Shown: positions 18,190 to 26,699 of the stretch, one piece after another
Layout of the letters: every line of letters starts with the position of its first letter
How positions within the stretch are numbered: the stretch's first letter is position 1
DNA from: a virus
Lineage: Duplodnaviria; Heunggongvirae; Uroviricota; Caudoviricetes
Strand: one strand, 5' to 3'
Virus record (IMG/VR): IMGVR_UViG_2922289487_000003
Location: 1-33,730 of that record
Length of the DNA stretch: 33,730 bases
Notes under the pieces: model-generated
The model's input: the letters and a program-made list of their open reading frames with translations, nothing else
What the model was told of the DNA's origin: nothing
The model's database searches: none
Made by a program: the position numbers and the translations under genes

Positions 18190-19916
18190 AGGAATAACAG
18201 TTCCTCATCAGGATCGAGGTTAGAAAGGAAGTCTTTCGGCTCATTCAACATCGCGCGGCCAACCCCCATCATCAGGCCAACTGCACCATCGATTTTGTTA
18301 CCGGCACCCTCTTTCACCGGACGCACAACATCATCACTACCCGGTAAATACTTGCCGACAACGTTAGAGATGCACCAGGTCATCAGAGGATTACCGTCAT
18401 GATGGAAGCGGCCAGCAGCGATTGCAGCCTCAATCTCTCGCATCGGGTCGCTCATGTTGGTGTAGTTCTGGGTGATGGTGACGGGCTCCAGCCCTTCATC
18501 CTGCAACATATGGGAAAGGCCGGTGGCGCCATAGGGATCAATCGGGCTGGCCGCTATTTTCACCGTCTGCCGTAAATTCAAGATCGCTTCGTAAATAAGG
18601 CGATAATCCACCTCTGCGCCGTCAGACGGAACCAGCACGCCCTGATTAACAAAGGACTGGTAGCGATCGGCGGTAGTTTTTAGCGCCGGATCCGTCGAAT
18701 ACACGGTATCCTCTGGCACCCAGAACTGAGGCGAAACGCAGTAGTAATGGCTTACTCCGTCGATTTCCCGGCGGAAAACGGGTACCACCGCGTTAAGGTC
18801 AAGCTTTGAAGCCAGGTCGATACCGAGATAACACTCTTCCCCCGCAAAATCGGACAGTCTGAGCGTCTTATCTGCTGCGGCCATCCACTTCTGCAGGTTG
18901 TAGTAAGCTGCTTTTGAACTCACCCATTTATTGAAATGCTTGGTGAGAATTTTGTTGGTCTGGCTGGGCGTGGACATCGCCAGCAGCTGCTTGGCCTTGA
19001 GGAATCCCTCTTTCACCGAAATGTTGTAATTCGGGTTGGCTTTGATCAGCGCCTCCGGCTGCGTCCAGTCATCGTCATCATCCAGGGTATAAATGATCCC
19101 GAAAATTGCCTCGTTTTCACCACCTTCCCGGATACGCTCCAGTATCTCGACCACCTGAGCGCGTTTTTCATAACAAGGAGAGGCAATATCAAAGCCTGCC
19201 GTGGTGATGATCAGCGTGATGGGCTGCTCCCTCGCCCCCATCCCGGTAGTCATCGTGGTATAGAGCGCATCAGTATCGTGCTCGTGATATTCGTCGATGA
19301 TGGCGCAGGAGGGTGAATCTCCGTCGCCTGGGTCACCGATAACGGGTGCGAACAGGGAGCCATCCGGGCGCGTCATTTTCTTCGCCCAGGGTTTGATGCT
19401 GAACTTCTGGCGCAGAGCCGGAAGCTTTTTCACCATTGCCAGAGCAGGGGCAAAGACTTTCCAGGCCTGTTTTTCCGTCGTGGCGCCACAGTAAACTTCC
19501 GCTGCGTACTCCCCATCGGCGCAGAACATATAATTACCAACGGCCGCCGCGATCGCCGATTTGCCGTTTTTACGTGGCACCTCGATGTAAATCTCAGTGA
19601 AGCGACGAAAACCATTATCCTTACGCACCCAGCCAAACGGCACGCCCAGCGCAAATTTCTGCCAGGGTTCAAAATCAATACGCAGTTTACGGCGAGCCCA
19701 CTCACCGGATGTGTGCGGCATCTTCTGGGAAAAGCGAAGGAAACGTTCTGCTTTATTTTTATCGAAGCGGTAAGGCCAGCGTGGATCTTTGGCGCGTTCC
19801 AGGTCGTCCAGATGTCGCTGACAGGCAAGAATGGTTAACCGGCAGGCCAGTATCTTCCCGTTCACGACGTCCCGCGCATACTGGTTCGCCGCATTGACGT
19901 TCGGATATGTAGCCAT
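18186..19916 (-). CDS. Terminase large subunit (576 aa)
   Basis: Walker A VPRKNGKS, Walker B IIDEYHEH, nuclease motifs GIDLA and NKIDGAV. Confidence 0.95.
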   Translation of the reverse strand: MATYPNVNAANQYARDVVNGKILACRLTILACQRHLDDLERAKDPRWPYRFDKNKAERFLRFSQKMPHTSGEWARRKLRIDFEPWQKFALGVPFGWVRKDNGFRRFTEIYIEVPRKNGKSAIAAAVGNYMFCADGEYAAEVYCGATTEKQAWKVFAPALAMVKKLPALRQKFSIKPWAKKMTRPDGSLFAPVIGDPGDGDSPSCAIIDEYHEHDTDALYTTMTTGMGAREQPITLIITTAGFDIASPCYEKRAQVVEILERIREGGENEAIFGIIYTLDDDDDWTQPEALIKANPNYNISVKEGFLKAKQLLAMSTPSQTNKILTKHFNKWVSSKAAYYNLQKWMAAADKTLRLSDFAGEECYLGIDLASKLDLNAVVPVFRREIDGVSHYYCVSPQFWVPEDTVYSTDPALKTTADRYQSFVNQGVLVPSDGAEVDYRLIYEAILNLRQTVKIAASPIDPYGATGLSHMLQDEGLEPVTITQNYTNMSDPMREIEAAIAAGRFHHDGNPLMTWCISNVVGKYLPGSDDVVRPVKEGAGNKIDGAVGLMMGVGRAMLNEPKDFLSNLDPDEELLFL

Positions 19917-20353
19917 CAGTCAAACTCATCAAATTCATTCCCTTCATCGTCCGGATCATTTTTACCGCTGGTCATTCTTATGCGGCTGAGCGGGTCTAAC
20001 CCGAGAAGTGAGCCCAGACGGGCGAGTTGCGAAACGGAGTCATTGCGGACATTGACCGCCGGATGTTTTTTCTCTCCCCCCATTTCACTTGATACCGTCA
20101 GACCGTCTTTCGCGATGACTTTTTCGGCTTCAACCATCAGGTGAAACGCATTGCAGTACGCCAGGAGTAGCGGCGCGTCTTCAAGATCAAAAACGCCCCG
20201 CTCAATTAAAATTTTGCTCTGCGTTTTCCAGATGCGGATCGCTATATCGCTCATTAACTCATCCGGCGGCGCAATCCTGGTCAGCTTGCTTTTCAGGCCC
20301 TGAGGCAAATTGCGCTTACGGCCACCACCGGAAGATCGCACAGCAGTACCCAT
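19916..20353 (-). CDS. Terminase small subunit, P27 family (145 aa)
   Basis: KKHPAV and LGSLLGLDPLSR motifs; RBS GGAGG before the ATG at 20353. Confidence 0.9.
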   Translation of the reverse strand: MGTAVRSSGGGRKRNLPQGLKSKLTRIAPPDELMSDIAIRIWKTQSKILIERGVFDLEDAPLLLAYCNAFHLMVEAEKVIAKDGLTVSSEMGGEKKHPAVNVRNDSVSQLARLGSLLGLDPLSRIRMTSGKNDPDDEGNEFDEFD

Positions 20354-20399
20354 CAAAACCTCCAATCCAATAGGCGAAACCTTCCGGAAAAAAGTTTCT

Positions 20400-20500
20400 T
20401 ATTTTCGGCGCGTAAAAATTTGATGAGGCGGGCAGTCCGGAAGGCGCGCGGTCGCAGAGATTCGACCTCCCCCTCCCCTGGCTGATGATGACATCAATTC
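20400..20500. other. Probable cos region
   Basis: Non-coding gap between HNH and terS with a purine-rich GGGGAGGGG tract on the minus strand. Assigned by position only; the cut site cannot be defined. Confidence 0.45.
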
Positions 20501-20851
20501 TCACTTGAGCCGCTCACGCGCGGTCTTCGCTGCGTGACACGACCAGCACAGACTCTCAAGGTTGCTGTCTTCATCAGTGCCGCCGTGAGCCTTCGCTTTG
20601 ATGTGGTCGACACAGGAAGCCTGCTTCACGACTCCCTGCCGAAGATGGCTCTGACACAGCCCTTTGTCACGCTTTAGTATCCGCGCCCTGATGACTTCCC
20701 ACTTCGATCCATATCCGCGCTGCTGTCTGGATTGTCCCGGTTTATAGGATTTCCAGCCTTCGCCTTTATGAGATTCGCAGTAACCTGATGGGTCTGTTGT
20801 TGTCGAACGGCAGCCGCGAACACGACAAGCCTTTGGGGTGCGAGGCGGCAT
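20501..20851 (-). CDS. HNH endonuclease, HK97 gp74-like packaging factor (116 aa)
   Basis: VDHIK..AHGGTD..SNLESLC..CH..KT; directly upstream of cos/terS. Confidence 0.92.
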   Translation of the reverse strand: MPPRTPKACRVRGCRSTTTDPSGYCESHKGEGWKSYKPGQSRQQRGYGSKWEVIRARILKRDKGLCQSHLRQGVVKQASCVDHIKAKAHGGTDEDSNLESLCWSCHAAKTARERLK

Positions 20852-20902
20852 TGATGGCCCTCCTTAAGCCATTACGATGGGTCTGCCCATGGTGATGGCA
20901 AT

Positions 20903-20926
20903 AAAAAACCGCCCGGAGGCGGCTTT
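20903..20926 (-). terminator. Rho-independent terminator after the 96-aa gene
   Basis: Minus strand GCCGCC-tccg-GGCGGT-TTTTT. Confidence 0.75.
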
Positions 20927-20957
20927 CTCATACTGAAAAGCTTTCGATAATGATCAC

Positions 20958-21248
20958 TTAAAGATCATCACCATCCTGATAGGAGTCACGCACTGTTCCA
21001 AGTTTGGTTAACCCATGAGCTGGTTCTTCGTCACCTAAGAGAACATCGCAATCGTATCCGGGATACATTTTTTTGAAATGCTTCTCTTTCCACTCACTGA
21101 CTGTCATGTCATTTTTAGAGGCTCTTTTACCCTGATAACCTGGCATGTCACGCTTATCGCCGCGTACATTCACACCTTCAGGAGTCTTAAACACAACATC
21201 AAAACCCTGAACATCCCAGATCTTTTTCTCGACATTCTTAACTAACAT
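20958..21248 (-). CDS. Hypothetical protein, moron (96 aa)
   Basis: Open frame between the spanins and HNH, followed by its own terminator; shows an internal two-fold repeat. Confidence 0.75.
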   Translation of the reverse strand: MLVKNVEKKIWDVQGFDVVFKTPEGVNVRGDKRDMPGYQGKRASKNDMTVSEWKEKHFKKMYPGYDCDVLLGDEEPAHGLTKLGTVRDSYQDGDDL

Positions 21249-21308
21249 TTAGCGCCCTTAATGCCCTTTAAAGTTAAGGTCTTATTATCGGAGGGTCTGC
21301 AGGTTTCT

Positions 21309-21536
21309 TTAGCCACTTTTTGAACGGGTTGCTTTACAATTCGCCTGCCACGATTTGTTATGCGCCAGTATGTCTTTCTTCGTCTGGCGGTCCATCACTT
21401 CAATGTCGTGCTCAGTGAGGCGAATCGCACTCACCCAGTCACAGGCAGTATCAACGACTACCGGGACGGGTCCATTCGTTGCGCAGCTCGCGATCAACAT
21501 CGTCATCAGGAAGATGACTAACATTTTGCTGTACAT
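21309..21536 (-). CDS. o-spanin lipoprotein, Rz1-like (75 aa)
   Basis: Signal peptide with lipobox IASC; VVDTACDWV and ILAHNKSWQANC; overlaps the 3' end of the i-spanin gene. Confidence 0.85.
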   Translation of the reverse strand: MYSKMLVIFLMTMLIASCATNGPVPVVVDTACDWVSAIRLTEHDIEVMDRQTKKDILAHNKSWQANCKATRSKSG

Positions 21537-21726
21537 CCCTGGCTCCTTTTGTTGTCTCTACCCGGCGTTCTGCAACGGCTTCAGTAGCTGCAGCACGTTC
21601 TTCAGTACGTTGCTGGTTCGCTTTTGTCTCAGCGATGTTAGTACCGCGTGATTTACCCAGACCAAAAGCACCTGCAATTGCTGCCAGGACAGCAACAACC
21701 AGGCCAATAATCATTTCAAGTCCCAT
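21451..21726 (-). CDS. i-spanin, Rz-like (91 aa)
   Basis: N-terminal TM helix then a coiled-coil; follows the endolysin. Confidence 0.8.
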   Translation of the reverse strand: MGLEMIIGLVVAVLAAIAGAFGLGKSRGTNIAETKANQQRTEERAAATEAVAERRVETTKGARDVQQNVSHLPDDDVDRELRNEWTRPGSR

Positions 21727-21732
21727 ATGACC

Positions 21733-22347
21733 TCACACCAGTGCAGCTTTAGCTTTGGCGTAACGTTCACGGCGGTCTTGAATGCCGTTCTGCCCGCCGT
21801 TGATAATTTGCGTGACGCGTTCCACATCCCCCGAATGCAGGAGACAACCGCGTAGCGTGAAATACCACGCCGCCGAACGGGCCGAATGTCGCTCTTGCGT
21901 CAAAAGTTCTGGCGTACTGACAAGGTCAAGCTTCAGCGCCGAACCACATTTGGTGTAGTTCTCACGTCCAGTGATTTGCAGTAGGCCGCGACCGCGATAT
22001 TTCCAGCCGTCACCCGGGCTGTTATTACCCATGCGGTCACCGTAAACCAGATTGGCGATTTGCGGCTGGTGAGCGACCTGCTTACCATCAACGCGCCCCA
22101 GCATTTCGCACTGATACGGCGTCAGGCGCTTACCAAATGTTTTCTTCAGCCCGTTTACCGAGTAGTTGAAGCTCTCTACCAGAGAGGTAAAACCAGCAGA
22201 TTCATGCCCGACTTGTGCAATGAACATGGCCTGATCATTAATTGCTGTGATGCCAAACTCTTTCATTGCCGCATCAATGTGCGGAAACCAGCGCGCAGCT
22301 AATCCGGCGCTTATACCAGCCGCCTGCTGAAATTGTGATTGTTTCAT
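21733..22347 (-). CDS. Endolysin, glycoside hydrolase family 19 (204 aa)
   Basis: FIAQVGHES, YRGRGLLQITGRENY and TQIINGG motifs. Start placed at MKQSQF. Confidence 0.92.
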   Translation of the reverse strand: MKQSQFQQAAGISAGLAARWFPHIDAAMKEFGITAINDQAMFIAQVGHESAGFTSLVESFNYSVNGLKKTFGKRLTPYQCEMLGRVDGKQVAHQPQIANLVYGDRMGNNSPGDGWKYRGRGLLQITGRENYTKCGSALKLDLVSTPELLTQERHSARSAAWYFTLRGCLLHSGDVERVTQIINGGQNGIQDRRERYAKAKAALV

Positions 22348-22473
22348 GTGATTAATCCGAAATTGAGGCAGGACAAAACTCAAATCAAAGGATGTGATGT
22401 AATACCCGCGAAACAGAGTTTGACTAAAGTCGACACTCCACCTCATTAAAACAACACAAAGCCTCGAACTTTC

Positions 22474-22506
22474 AGGGAAGCGGAGATGTCGCGCTTCCCT
22501 TTTTTA
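22474..22506 (+). terminator. Plus-strand (antisense to lysis) Rho-independent terminator
   Basis: AGGGAAGCG-9 nt-CGCTTCCCT followed by T6; no U-tract in the lysis direction. Confidence 0.75.
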
Positions 22507-22785
22507 TTTCTGAAGAATGTTAATTAAGCGTGCCAAGTTCCCCCGAGCGCGAAGCACGATGGCAAAGATGATCAGATTGACGATGACCACCATCCAGTGA
22601 GACTCCTGATAGAGGCCGAACAGATACCGGAACGGGATGCTGGCATATATCAGCACAACAAAGTAAGCCAGCATAGATATCATCGGGCGATGTCTCGCAC
22701 CGTCACGTTGGTAGAACATCAGAACAAGAACGATGACCCCGCAGATTAACGCATTGATCATCGCTGAAGGATCACTTGTTACCAT
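22504..22785 (-). CDS. Second holin/antiholin-like membrane protein (93 aa)
   Basis: Three hydrophobic segments and a basic C-terminal RARGNLARL. Start placed at MVTSDP. Confidence 0.7.
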   Translation of the reverse strand: MVTSDPSAMINALICGVIVLVLMFYQRDGARHRPMISMLAYFVVLIYASIPFRYLFGLYQESHWMVVIVNLIIFAIVLRARGNLARLINILQK

Positions 22786-23167
22786 TACTGGTCCCTCCTC
22801 CGCGCAAACGAGAGAGAATGCCAAACAGGCTACCCAAATCCTGGCTGTTGACGAAAGTCAGTAGCTTAATGGCAATTGCTGCAACGAGTACCGCACCCAG
22901 CGCGTCAAGTGGCCTGTCGCTGTATCCAGTCCATTTAGAAAAAAACGAGCCAACTAGCGGAGCGCCAAGAACGCCAAAGATGAATGACGTGATGAAATAT
23001 CCCACCAGCTTAAAGCGGCTGATGTTCACCGCCGTCGCAACGTAGAACACTGCACCTGCAAAGGAACCAAACACTACGCCGTAATCAATGCCGGTTGCCA
23101 GGCCAAACATGCTGGCCCCCATCAGTCCACCAGCCGCTACAGTAGTGCCAGAAACAGGATCGGACAT
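22772..23167 (-). CDS. Putative holin (131 aa)
   Basis: Multiple TM segments; first gene of the lysis cassette; RBS GAGGGGG. Confidence 0.75.
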   Translation of the reverse strand: MSDPVSGTTVAAGGLMGASMFGLATGIDYGVVFGSFAGAVFYVATAVNISRFKLVGYFITSFIFGVLGAPLVGSFFSKWTGYSDRPLDALGAVLVAAIAIKLLTFVNSQDLGSLFGILSRLRGGGTSNGNK

Positions 23168-23283
23168 TTAGCCCCCTCTTATTGCTGTGAGTCCTCTCAG
23201 AAATGAGGGGAAAGAGAATCAGGCTTCACGGGCTGGATTTTCAACAAAGCACGTAGTGATTGATTCCCATGAGCCTGAAATAG

Positions 23284-23309
23284 AAAAGGCCACGCAGATG
23301 CATGACCTT
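23284..23309 (-). terminator. Late-leader terminator
   Basis: Minus strand AAGGTCATGC-atct-GCGTGGCCTT-TTCT. Confidence 0.55.
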
Positions 23310-23512
23310 AATGAAAATAATAATGATTTGGTATGTGTGTTGTTTTGCAAGCGCCTCAACTGGTCGTGGGTACGCCAGTGACTACAATCCATATTGTTCG
23401 ATTTTAAGTATTGCCCACGCTCTGCCGCGGATTTTATTATGCAAAACAGTGTCGAATCACATCAATAACACAATAAATTGCTTATTTTTAGCTATTTACC
23501 GAAGGAGAAATT

Positions 23513-23758
23513 ATGACTATCAACAATAATATTCTGACACACTGTCCGGCCTGTAACTTGCCGTTGACCTTAGGCCCTATCAGAGGGGATTTTCACGATT
23601 ATACGTGTTCGACACATGGGAAGTTTAGTGTATCGGGAACCGTGATAGTAATGGCTAACACTAACCCGTCCACCATGGAAAACCTGTCGATAAAAATTCA
23701 GTCAGCTCAAAGACCTGAAGATATTGAAATGATAACGACTTTAAACCTAGTTGGTTAA
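23513..23758 (+). CDS. Small putative zinc-ribbon protein, moron (81 aa)
   Basis: RBS AAGGAG; CPAC...CSTHG.F motif; opposite strand to the late operon. Confidence 0.7.
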   Translation: MTINNNILTHCPACNLPLTLGPIRGDFHDYTCSTHGKFSVSGTVIVMANTNPSTMENLSIKIQSAQRPEDIEMITTLNLVG

Positions 23759-23842
23759 ACTTGCTTCAACGGCTGTCGGCGATATGACAGGGGTACTGAT
23801 GCAATGCACCTCGCGAATACCCCTGTCGTATCGCCGGAAAGC

Positions 23843-23862
23843 AAAAGCCCCGACCAGCGGGG
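23843..23862 (-). terminator. tR'-like terminator downstream of Q
   Basis: Minus strand CCCCG-ctggt-CGGGG-CTTTT. Confidence 0.65.
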
Positions 23863-24007
23863 ATCTCGTCATAATCAAATTGTCGCTTCTCATTGCTGCC
23901 ATCGTGGCGCAGCCCTGCCAAGCATAAACACATTAGCTAACTTCCTGGCCCGTTTTCAACTCTGCCAGTTAAAAATAGCACTAATAGCTAAAATATTCCT
24001 TTTGCGA

Positions 24008-24607
24008 CTATTCGGATAATAGCTTTCGTGAGGACAGAAAAACCTTTGCTCTGAAGATTTCCAGACACCAGCGCACTCGTTTTCTGGCCTCTCCATCAGT
24101 CAGCTAGGGCGCGATAACCTGCAATTCTCTGGTGATGTCCGAGATTTTTTTCCTTGTGGTGTAATACTGGCATCCAACCACATAAACAGGATCGTTCAGG
24201 TCGAAAGCCTGAAGGACAGACTCCTCGACGAACTCAACATCATCACTATTGATGGCCTCATCAATTATACTGACCTGCGGCTCGGGCCAGAGAATTAAGC
24301 GGGCCCGCCGTAACGCCTGCTCACCACGGAATCCCTCATCCCTCGCTTGGTTCAACGCGACGGTAAAACGCTCGAGCGCTTTATCAGACCAGTTCCCCCC
24401 TCTGATTACGTTCCAGCATGAATGTCCGCATGGTTTTCGGGGAGCTACTCCACCGCGAACGCTTTCACCCCATACAGCGAGAAGAGATTTGATCCATCCA
24501 GACTGGATATCGGTCAGGAGCATGCTTTTCCCCAGCCAGCTTTTGCGCGGCGCTATCGCTGCCTTTTCCAGCGCTGCCCGATGCGAACGTTTTTGACGAG
24601 GCGTCAT
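24008..24607 (-). pseudogene. Late antiterminator Q-like, interrupted by an in-frame TAG at 24104-24106 (199 codons if read through)
   Basis: MTPRQ..., WIKSLL.VWGE and YYTTRKKISDI.REL motifs. The frame continues after TAG as LTDGEARKRVRWCLEIFRAKVFLSSRKLLSE. Confidence 0.8.
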
Positions 24608-24623
24608 TATTTTTTTTCTCCAC

Positions 24624-25613
24624 TTATGCCAGCACGCCAATTGCAAGCGCGCGATCGATAAAACGAAATATCAACTCCAGTTGCGAGCCGTATTTCTCTT
24701 CGAATGCCACGGTATCCGCATGTAACTCGTCGTGATGCTTTCTGCACAAAGGCAACACCCAGAGGTCATGCGCTTTTGTCCCCATGCCACCCTGACCGTG
24801 ACCTATCAGGTGGTGCGGATCATCCGCCTGCATACCACAGCAGGCGCACGGCTGGGCCTTCACCCAGCGCGTGTATTTCTCATTTTCCCAGCGTCTCCGC
24901 TTCGGGCGTAGCATGAAACTTTCCGGCGATTCCGGATCAATCCTGAGTGTCAGTACCTTCTTCGCCTTCTCCTGCAAAATGCTGGTGGCCGGTAACGAGG
25001 GCACAATATCGCTTTCTCGCATGATGGATTTCGGCTCTTCACACGGTAGTCGCAGCGCTTTATGTGCAACGCTTTCCGGGATCACTTCACCCAGATCATT
25101 TCTGACCATCCACCAGCACAGCTCCGGGAGAGTCAGAACATGCGACTCAGAGAAACCTAAATCTGTTCGAATGACTGACAAAATCCAGGATACCAGGTTT
25201 TTGCTGGCTATACCTGCAAGCTGTTTCGTGTATTGACCAGCGAGGGTGTGATCGCAGTGCCAGCACAACCGGATGCTACCAGGCTGATGGCGCATTATCG
25301 TGAAATTCTTGTCGTGCCATGTTGAATGTGGCCACTGGCATTCGAACTTTTTGTTTAACCAGCCATCAAGCGAAGACAATCCACCAGCGCGCAGAATAAC
25401 GCGCTGATCCTCAAATATCTCACTCATTACTGGATCGTCTGCCAGTGGCTGAACCGCTGCCGGCACATAACCAGTATCGTAAGAGGCCATGGTTTCAGGT
25501 TCTGGCTCAAGTAAGACCCGACCGCGCATGAATAGCGGCATCAGTTCAGCACCGGGACGGAAAAGCACAACCCCCATTCGGTGGGCTATTTCCGGTGTTA
25601 ACAAAGCTCTCAC
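24624..25613 (-). CDS. DUF968/YdfU-family protein with C-terminal HNH-like motif (329 aa)
   Basis: CQW, LCWHCD, PCACCG..ADDPHH and LPLCRKHHDELH motifs. Confidence 0.85.
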   Translation of the reverse strand: MRALLTPEIAHRMGVVLFRPGAELMPLFMRGRVLLEPEPETMASYDTGYVPAAVQPLADDPVMSEIFEDQRVILRAGGLSSLDGWLNKKFECQWPHSTWHDKNFTIMRHQPGSIRLCWHCDHTLAGQYTKQLAGIASKNLVSWILSVIRTDLGFSESHVLTLPELCWWMVRNDLGEVIPESVAHKALRLPCEEPKSIMRESDIVPSLPATSILQEKAKKVLTLRIDPESPESFMLRPKRRRWENEKYTRWVKAQPCACCGMQADDPHHLIGHGQGGMGTKAHDLWVLPLCRKHHDELHADTVAFEEKYGSQLELIFRFIDRALAIGVLA

Positions 25614-26293
25614 GCTGCCTGCCCCTTAGCGATATGTTCTGCCCATAGACCGCCAATCCAGCGCACCCCCTTAGCAGTAAACCGCGCCTGGCTGAATGCG
25701 TGGTTTGAAGTGACAGAGGTCCCCGTCTTAACCTCAAATCGTCCCGCATCAATGTGCGCCGCCATCGGTGTAAGCGTACCGCCCAGGCGGTAAAGGATGC
25801 CGCGATCAATCAGAAACAGGCGAAACTCGTTTTCCTTTGCCTTAAGTAATTTTGCCACCTGTCGAAACGACATTGACCCACTGGCAGAACAGTAGCGATC
25901 GACAAATTCCACCTTTGGCGCAGCGGCTGCCAGTTCAGTGGCTAGTTTCTGCTTTTGCTCCGCCAGATCGGCGGCAAGCCGAAGGGCTTCTGAGAATGAC
26001 TGAGGGATCGCCAGCTGTTGCGCCTGCTCCAGTTCCTGCCATCGATCAACGAGCCGCGCAGTGAATTCAGGCGACAACTGAGCCACAACCACATAACTGT
26101 CCCGCTTTCCTATCAGGTAAACGGCTACCGACTGATTGAGGTGATTTTTAACTTCCCCCATCGGGGGGAGTTTAATAACACCGCGCTCTGCCAGCCGTTC
26201 AATTGAGCGCTTAACGTGGTCATGACGTGATTCCACTAAATCAGCGATATCACTGCTGGACATGGTTAACGCCGCGGTTGCTAACTGATTCAT
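25610..26293 (-). CDS. Rha-N plus ANT/KilAC antirepressor-like protein (227 aa)
   Basis: MSS.DIA.LVESRHDHVKRSIERL, PQSFSEALRLAADL and PKVEFVD motifs. Start placed at MNQLAT. Confidence 0.85.
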   Translation of the reverse strand: MNQLATAALTMSSSDIADLVESRHDHVKRSIERLAERGVIKLPPMGEVKNHLNQSVAVYLIGKRDSYVVVAQLSPEFTARLVDRWQELEQAQQLAIPQSFSEALRLAADLAEQKQKLATELAAAAPKVEFVDRYCSASGSMSFRQVAKLLKAKENEFRLFLIDRGILYRLGGTLTPMAAHIDAGRFEVKTGTSVTSNHAFSQARFTAKGVRWIGGLWAEHIAKGQAA

Positions 26294-26309
26294 AATTGCT
26301 CTCCACTTA

Positions 26310-26699
26310 TCAGGCGGCTGCACCCGCCCCCGGTTCAAATTTGGTGATTGTGATTTCCACTTTCCCCTTCGGGATAATCGGCCCCCACTCCACCAGCATT
26401 CTTTTTACCTGGCTGTCGTCCTCCCAGATCCCCGCATGGGTAAGGGCATCAAACAGCGCTTTGTTGTAGTTATCCAGATCCCGGATCCGGTTGTCCGGCG
26501 GGAACAGGATTATTTCGACAGCCGCCGGTGACGATGACGGCTTAGGGAGCATGCGCAACTGTTCAATGATTGCCGCACATGCTGACGACTGGAACTGGCG
26601 ACCTTTGGCACTTATCAGGTGACGACCGGCAAGCGGCCCCTTATTCGGGGCGCGCCAGTACGTGTTCACACTTGGAGGAAACGGAAGCACCAGTTTCAT
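26310..26699 (-). CDS. rusA: RusA Holliday junction resolvase (129 aa)
   Basis: LPFPPSVNTYWR, RDLDNYNKALFDAL and DDSQV catalytic motifs. Confidence 0.92.
   Translation of the reverse strand: MKLVLPFPPSVNTYWRAPNKGPLAGRHLISAKGRQFQSSACAAIIEQLRMLPKPSSSPAAVEIILFPPDNRIRDLDNYNKALFDALTHAGIWEDDSQVKRMLVEWGPIIPKGKVEITITKFEPGAGAAA

Noticed and set aside
21733-22446. N-terminal extensions in the ORF track (endolysin from 22446, umuD from 552, protease from 16896, portal from 18070, Ea22-like from 31606, Q from 24646)
   Set aside because: The extensions lack an RBS or overlap upstream genes or regulatory sites. Downstream ATGs give family-typical N-termini.
23187-24019. Short ORFs 23187-23381, 23302-23529 and 23804-24019
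   Set aside because: They have no convincing RBS or motif, and they run across terminators and hairpins of the late control region.
6008-24607. Genome-wide reassignment of TAG as a sense codon
   Set aside because: Only two internal TAGs were found. TAG serves as a normal stop for the DUF2635-like gene (12973) and full-length Q (24008), and no suppressor tRNA or release factor gene is in the window.
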